DNA of 10,865 bases from Deltaproteobacteria bacterium TL4 (GTDB lineage Bacteria; SAR324; NAC60-12). This document shows positions 6,232-10,865 of the stretch, piece after piece. Location of the stretch: positions 1-10,865 of the forward strand of contig JBBCAX010000328.1 of assembly GCA_051382335.1 (NCBI GenBank), given 5' to 3'. Below the pieces are notes generated by a model. That model was given only the letters and a program-made list of their open reading frames with translations, was not told the origin of the DNA and made no database searches. The position numbers and the translations under genes were made by a program. The stretch's first letter is position 1. Every line of letters begins with the position of its first letter.

Positions 6232-7734
6232 ATGATATTCAAATTTAAAAATTATGGATACAGCCTAGTGCTGGTGTTGCTGGTTTCCCTGCTGAGCTAC
6301 CCTGTTCGTCCTTATGTCGAACCAACCAATCTTGTCATGCTTTACCTCACTGCTGTCATCGTTGCCGCATTGCGCTATGGTTTGAAACCGGCAATCCTGG
6401 CATCCTGCTTAAGTGTGCTGGTGTTTAATCTGATTTTCATTCCACCGTACTACACGTATGTTGTTCATGACGCGCAATATCTGCTGACATTTATGGGACT
6501 GCTTCTGGTGGGTATCATCGTCAGTACGCTTGCGGCCCAGTCAAGGAAACAAACCAGAGAAGCTGAACAACGAGCTTTGCAAATGGAGTCGCTCTATCAT
6601 TTAAGTCGTGATCTTGTGGGTGCCAGCGAACTTTCCAGAGTCATGGAAATCATTTCCGTTCACGTCGAAAAACTTTACGGAGAGAGTGGTGTGGTATGGC
6701 TCAATCGTGACAACATGCTGGTTTCAGTCGATGATGATGCGGAAAAATGGTTAAACACGGATCAGCAGGCGGCAAAATTGGCTTTTGATCGTGACTGTGC
6801 AACAGGTGCTGGCACCTCACTTTATCCAGAATTACCCGCCGTCTATTTGCCCTTAAGATCAGCCAAGGCACCTGTGGGTGTTCTGAAAATTCCCTTATCA
6901 ACTATCGCCATCAACCAAGTTCAGATACAATTTTTGGAATCCATTGCCAACCAGGGGGCTCAAGCGATTGAGCGTTTGCAACTTGCGGCAAAAGCCCAGG
7001 AAGCACAACTTCTGAAAGAGACCGACAAATTTCAGGCGGCATTGTTGAATTCCATTTCTCATGACCTTCGTACGCCCCTCGTTACCATTACAGGGTCTCT
7101 GAGCAGCCTGATGGAGGATGAAACACATTTGGATGAGGCTTCTCGCAAAATATTGATAAATACCGCATGGCAACAAGCTGATCGATTGAATCGCTTTGTA
7201 AGCAATCTTCTGGAAATGACTCAACTTGAAGCGGGTTCCGTCAAAGTTCGTTATGAACCCTGCGATATTCAGGATTTGATTGGTGTCGTCCTGAATCATC
7301 TTGAAAACCAGATTGGCAATCGTTACATAAAAACCAGTATCCCTTTAGAAACCCCATTAATCCCGATGGATTTTATGCTGATGATGCAGGTGTTGATCAA
7401 TCTGATTGACAATGCGCTAAAGTATTCCCCTGAGAATACAGCGATTGAAATGAATGTGAAGGTTCAGGAAACAACTATCGAACTGGATGTGATTGACGAG
7501 GGTATTGGCATTCCTCCTGAGGAAATTCCCTATATTTTTAATAAATTCTACCGGATTCAACGACCTGATAATGCCACAGGGACAGGGCTTGGACTTTCCA
7601 TCTGTAAAGGTCTGGTTGAAGCCCATCATGGGAAAATAACAGTGTGTGGACGCCCTGAGGGGGGTACCATCATGACAATCATTTTACCGATCAACGATAT
7701 TTATGGAAACACAACTGAGAATACTGGTTGTTGA
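6232..7734 (+). CDS. kdpD: KdpD-like sensor histidine kinase, short form (4-TM DUF4118-type region, GAF, HisKA, HATPase)
   Basis: N-terminal TM segment (PTNLVMLYLTAVI, FNLIFIPPYYT), GAF-like region (TGAGTSLYP, YLPLRS), H-box SISHDLRTPL, N-box NLIDNALKY, DEGIGI, IFNKFYR and GTGLGLSIC. GGAG RBS at 6220-6223; start is TTG 6229 or ATG 6232. Confidence 0.88.
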   Translation: MIFKFKNYGYSLVLVLLVSLLSYPVRPYVEPTNLVMLYLTAVIVAALRYGLKPAILASCLSVLVFNLIFIPPYYTYVVHDAQYLLTFMGLLLVGIIVSTLAAQSRKQTREAEQRALQMESLYHLSRDLVGASELSRVMEIISVHVEKLYGESGVVWLNRDNMLVSVDDDAEKWLNTDQQAAKLAFDRDCATGAGTSLYPELPAVYLPLRSAKAPVGVLKIPLSTIAINQVQIQFLESIANQGAQAIERLQLAAKAQEAQLLKETDKFQAALLNSISHDLRTPLVTITGSLSSLMEDETHLDEASRKILINTAWQQADRLNRFVSNLLEMTQLEAGSVKVRYEPCDIQDLIGVVLNHLENQIGNRYIKTSIPLETPLIPMDFMLMMQVLINLIDNALKYSPENTAIEMNVKVQETTIELDVIDEGIGIPPEEIPYIFNKFYRIQRPDNATGTGLGLSICKGLVEAHHGKITVCGRPEGGTIMTIILPINDIYGNTTENTGC

Positions 7735-8389
7735 CGACGATGATGCGATCAGGCGTTTTCTCAACACAGCCTTACGTGCCAATGACTATCTGGTTTTTGA
7801 AGCGGACTGCGGCGAATCCGCACTGCAAGCGGTGATTAATCACAGACCGGATATCATCTTCCTTGATCTTGGCCTGCCTAAAATGGATGGTATCGAAGTG
7901 ACCCGCCGATTGAGGGAGTGGACCTGCATCCCCATCATCATCCTTTCTGTTCGGGAACAGGAAATTGATAAAATATCGGCATTGGATGCTGGCGCTGACG
8001 ATTATCTGACCAAACCCTTCAGCATGGGAGAACTCATGGCCAGAGTTAGAGCTGCCTTGAGAAGAGCCGCTCATCCTGAAACTGAAGCCATCTTTCAATC
8101 TGATAATTTGTTGGTTGATTTAACCAGGCGACTGGTCATGGTAAATGGAAATGAAGTCCAGCTAACGCCGACTGAATATGATGTGTTGCGGTTATTGGTC
8201 ACACATGCAGGGAAGGTCATGACCCATCAACAGATCCTTAAGCAGGTTTGGCAAAGGCACGATGTTTCAGAGTCTCATCTGTTGAGAGTGAATATCAGCA
8301 ATCTCCGCCGAAAAATTGAGACGGATTCAACCCGCCCCAGGCACATCGTTACTGAGCCGGGGGTCGGGTATCGACTTAAAGTCTACTGA
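7703..8389 (+). CDS. kdpE: KdpE-like OmpR/PhoB-family response regulator
   Basis: Receiver motifs VVDDD, FLDLGLP, ALDAGADDYLTKPF; winged-helix end LRRKIETDSTRPRHIVTEPGVGYRL typical of KdpE. Overlaps the kinase 3' end by 32 nt. Confidence 0.9.
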   Translation: METQLRILVVDDDDAIRRFLNTALRANDYLVFEADCGESALQAVINHRPDIIFLDLGLPKMDGIEVTRRLREWTCIPIIILSVREQEIDKISALDAGADDYLTKPFSMGELMARVRAALRRAAHPETEAIFQSDNLLVDLTRRLVMVNGNEVQLTPTEYDVLRLLVTHAGKVMTHQQILKQVWQRHDVSESHLLRVNISNLRRKIETDSTRPRHIVTEPGVGYRLKVY

Positions 8390-8460
8390 TTCAGCGTATC
8401 GCCGATGATAGTGCGTGCGGAAAGCGATAACTGATTTGATCCTTTTTAAAAACGAGATGT

Positions 8461-9933
8461 ATGAATATCGAAGCTGTGTATGATAGCAAGAAGACTTTCT
8501 GTAAAATTACAGGTCTTTTGCATTTGTTACTGGCAAGTTTCTTATTGCTGCCACTTCCTTGGTGTTTCTATTTTACTTGGGATCCCTCCCTGGGAACCAT
8601 GTTTTTGTGGACCTCTTTTTTTGTAGCCTTGACAGGAGTAGGCCTTCGGCATTATGGCAAGGGGGCCTCAGAAATTTTTTTCCCCAAAACAGCTGTTTTT
8701 ATAGTGGCCTATGCCTGGCTGGCTTTGGGAATCATAGGGGCTTTGCCTTACTGGGAAAGTAATGCTATTCCCCGTTTTGTGGACGCGTTGTTTGAATCTG
8801 TTTCAGGATTTACGACCACAGGTTCCTCCATTTTGAACAACATTGAAGCCTTGCCGGACGCATTACAGTTCTGGAGAGGCCTCACCCATTGGATCGGAGG
8901 TTTAGGCGTTGTCGTGTTGTTTGTCAGCGTATTTCCCAATCTCGGGGTTGGTTCCAAAATGTTGTTCAAAACAGAATCGGTCGGTCCGACATCAGGAGAA
9001 GTTACACCAAGAATCAGGGATACCTCAAGAAATCTCTGGTATACTTACGCATTTTTGACAGGAATAGAAGCTTTACTTCTGTGGTTGGCCGGGATGACTC
9101 CGCTGGATGCGATTGTTCATAGTTTTTCAACCATGGCCAGCGGAGGTTTTTCCACAAAAAATGGCAGTGTCGCCGATTTTCATTCTCCGGTCATTGAATG
9201 GATTATCATCGTGTTCATGTTTTTGGCTGCGGTCAATTTTGGGTTATACTATTTGATTGCCAAGGGACGCTGGCGGAGTGTTTTACAAGATGCGGAACTG
9301 CGCTTTTTTATCTCGGTCATTCTTATTTTCTGTTCCGCGAGCACATTATCTGTGTGGATCCATTCGGATTATGATTTTTCCAGAGCTTTGCGATCAGCGA
9401 CATTCCAGGTGATGTCGATCATCAGTACCACAGGTTTTGCTTCAGATGACTACGAACTTTATGCCTATGGGCCTCAATTCATGATCTTTTTATGCATGTT
9501 GATGGGAGGAATGGCCGGTTCTACTGCCGGTGGCTTGAAGCAATTCAGGGTTTTTTTGATGTTCAAGATTATCGTCAATAACATCAGGTTGAGCTTTACT
9601 CCCTATCTGGTAACCAAATTGCGTGTGGGATCCACTGTGATTCATGATGATCTGTTGCACTCAATTCTGGGGTTTTTCTGTGTGTATATGTCATCGCTGG
9701 CAGGGGTCTCCCTTTTTCTGGCTTATCAGGGAAATGATTTGATCACCTCACTTTCCGCCGTCATGACCTGTCTCGCCGGGGTCGGACCAGGCTTTGGAAC
9801 GGTGGGCCCCCTGGAGAATTTTTCACACCTGACTGATCCTTCCAAACTGGTACTGTGTGTGGCTATGTTGCTTGGACGTCTGGAGTTTTTTGTTCTTTTG
9901 GCGTTGTTCCATAAAAAATTCTGGAAACGTTAA
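8461..9933 (+). CDS. trkH: TrkH-family potassium uptake membrane protein
   Basis: 490-aa hydrophobic protein with FESVSGFTTTGSS, WRGLTHWIGGLG, PRIRDT, STMASGGFS, STTGF, GSTAGGLK, GPGFG and MLLGRLEF. Confidence 0.93.
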   Translation: MNIEAVYDSKKTFCKITGLLHLLLASFLLLPLPWCFYFTWDPSLGTMFLWTSFFVALTGVGLRHYGKGASEIFFPKTAVFIVAYAWLALGIIGALPYWESNAIPRFVDALFESVSGFTTTGSSILNNIEALPDALQFWRGLTHWIGGLGVVVLFVSVFPNLGVGSKMLFKTESVGPTSGEVTPRIRDTSRNLWYTYAFLTGIEALLLWLAGMTPLDAIVHSFSTMASGGFSTKNGSVADFHSPVIEWIIIVFMFLAAVNFGLYYLIAKGRWRSVLQDAELRFFISVILIFCSASTLSVWIHSDYDFSRALRSATFQVMSIISTTGFASDDYELYAYGPQFMIFLCMLMGGMAGSTAGGLKQFRVFLMFKIIVNNIRLSFTPYLVTKLRVGSTVIHDDLLHSILGFFCVYMSSLAGVSLFLAYQGNDLITSLSAVMTCLAGVGPGFGTVGPLENFSHLTDPSKLVLCVAMLLGRLEFFVLLALFHKKFWKR

Positions 9934-10048
9934 TTATTTCACTTAAATCACGACCTCCGGTACTGGTCCCATAAAAAGGTACCGCTGGTTCAATAAGTGT
10001 ATCGAGTCTCAGCGTATGATAACTCCCTAAAAGGCGCTTGAAATTATC

Positions 10049-10711
10049 TTATCCATTGTCAATAATAACGCGATCTAAAGCGTCCAAAGCGTCTTGTACT
10101 GTTTGAGCAGAGAGTCCTAGCGCTTGTAAATTCCATCTTACAAGAAAACGTAACACCGAATCTCTATCTTGTTCCAGATTTTTTTTAAGTAATTTGCGTA
10201 TAATACCAATCGTTGCGCCTTCCCAAGCCGTTGTGACGATTTCGATATCGGAATCATTCAACAATTCAGGGTACTCTTTAAAGAAGCGTTTCAAGCCAGC
10301 TTCATAGTAAGCGATAAACGCCGTTTTCAATTCCAGATGCGCTTTTTCTGAAAATACAAGTACGGTCAACTCGGCCTCATCCAGCACCACTTTCAAAAAG
10401 ATGTAAAAAGATACGGCAAGTTCTATGGCACCGGGGGGAACATCCTCTGTGGCTAAATCCACTTTTTTAAGAATTTCCAAAGACGTGTCTTCTACAATGG
10501 CATGCAACAGGGCTTCTTTATTGGGGAAGTAGAAATAACAATTTCCGATGGAAGTCCCAGCTTCCACAACAACCTGCTGCATGGTTGTGGACTCATAGCC
10601 CTGAGTCATAAAAAGGTGTTTGGCTGCTGAAAGAATTTGTTTTTTGCGTTCGGACCTGAGCTCATGGCTCCTTTTTCTTCCTGAATTTCCCAAGATTCCT
10701 CCTTCTTCCAA
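10049..10711 (-). CDS. TetR/AcrR-family transcriptional regulator
   Basis: N-terminal HTH ILSAAKHLFMTQGYESTTMQQVVVEAGTSIGNCYFYFPNKEALL. The true start is probably TTG at 10693, which follows an AAGGAGG RBS. Confidence 0.9.
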   Translation of the reverse strand: MEEGGILGNSGRKRSHELRSERKKQILSAAKHLFMTQGYESTTMQQVVVEAGTSIGNCYFYFPNKEALLHAIVEDTSLEILKKVDLATEDVPPGAIELAVSFYIFLKVVLDEAELTVLVFSEKAHLELKTAFIAYYEAGLKRFFKEYPELLNDSDIEIVTTAWEGATIGIIRKLLKKNLEQDRDSVLRFLVRWNLQALGLSAQTVQDALDALDRVIIDNG

Positions 10712-10833
10712 TAAAATCAGTTTGTTATAAGAGAATAATAGGGCTTGGTCGTAAGTTCGGCCACCCCCTTAGAATCTAGCTTGCCCATGCCACAGCATAA
10801 TTTTCTCTGACTCTGGGTCTCAGAGGTAAATCC

Positions 10834-10865
10834 ATGCGATTTAAAAGTTCGTTAAACAGATTTCT
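10834..10865 (+). CDS. Possible start of a divergent gene (MRFKSSLNRF...), runs off the window
   Basis: GAGG RBS-like sequence at 10823-10826 before ATG 10834, open to the window edge. Only 10 codons are visible. Confidence 0.3.
   Translation, partial: MRFKSSLNRF

Noticed and set aside
6701..9122. Short ORFs overlapping kdpD, kdpE and trkH
   Set aside because: Shadow or alternative frames of strongly supported genes.
9934..10048. Bidirectional terminator between trkH and tetR
   Set aside because: Only a 6-bp CGGTAC/GTACCG stem with a long loop and no U-tract.
10805..10825. Inverted repeat CTCTGA-N9-TCAGAG upstream of tetR
   Set aside because: 6-bp arms, single copy, unlike the operator-like motif at 5834-5871. 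It could be an operator but is not supportable from this window.
1..10865. CRISPR arrays, tRNA/rRNA genes, long tandem repeats
   Set aside because: No regularly spaced repeats or RNA-gene signatures seen.

Overview
Bacterial chromosomal window with three parts. (1) Bases 1-5890, minus strand: a fatty-acid beta-oxidation operon in decay. It holds a probable hot-dog thioesterase 5' stub joined to a frameshifted hypothetical gene, an intact ~617-aa acyl-CoA dehydrogenase, a thiolase (fadA) broken by a 1-bp frameshift, and a FadB/FadJ-type enoyl-CoA hydratase/3-hydroxyacyl-CoA dehydrogenase hit twice. One hit is a 293-bp non-autonomous element (1434-1726) with perfect 23-bp terminal inverted repeats and an 8-bp target duplication; its ends look ISL3-like, and removing it exactly restores the reading frame. 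The other is the end of a probable second IS at bases 1-100. (2) Bases 6110-9933, plus strand: a short KdpD-like sensor lacking its N-terminal KdpD/Usp domains, a KdpE-like regulator and a TrkH potassium channel. There is no kdpFABC or trkA in the window, and a phased direct-repeat box precedes the genes. (3) A convergent TetR-family regulator (10049-~10700) and possibly the start of a divergent gene at the right edge. All calls come from reading the sequence; no searches were run.
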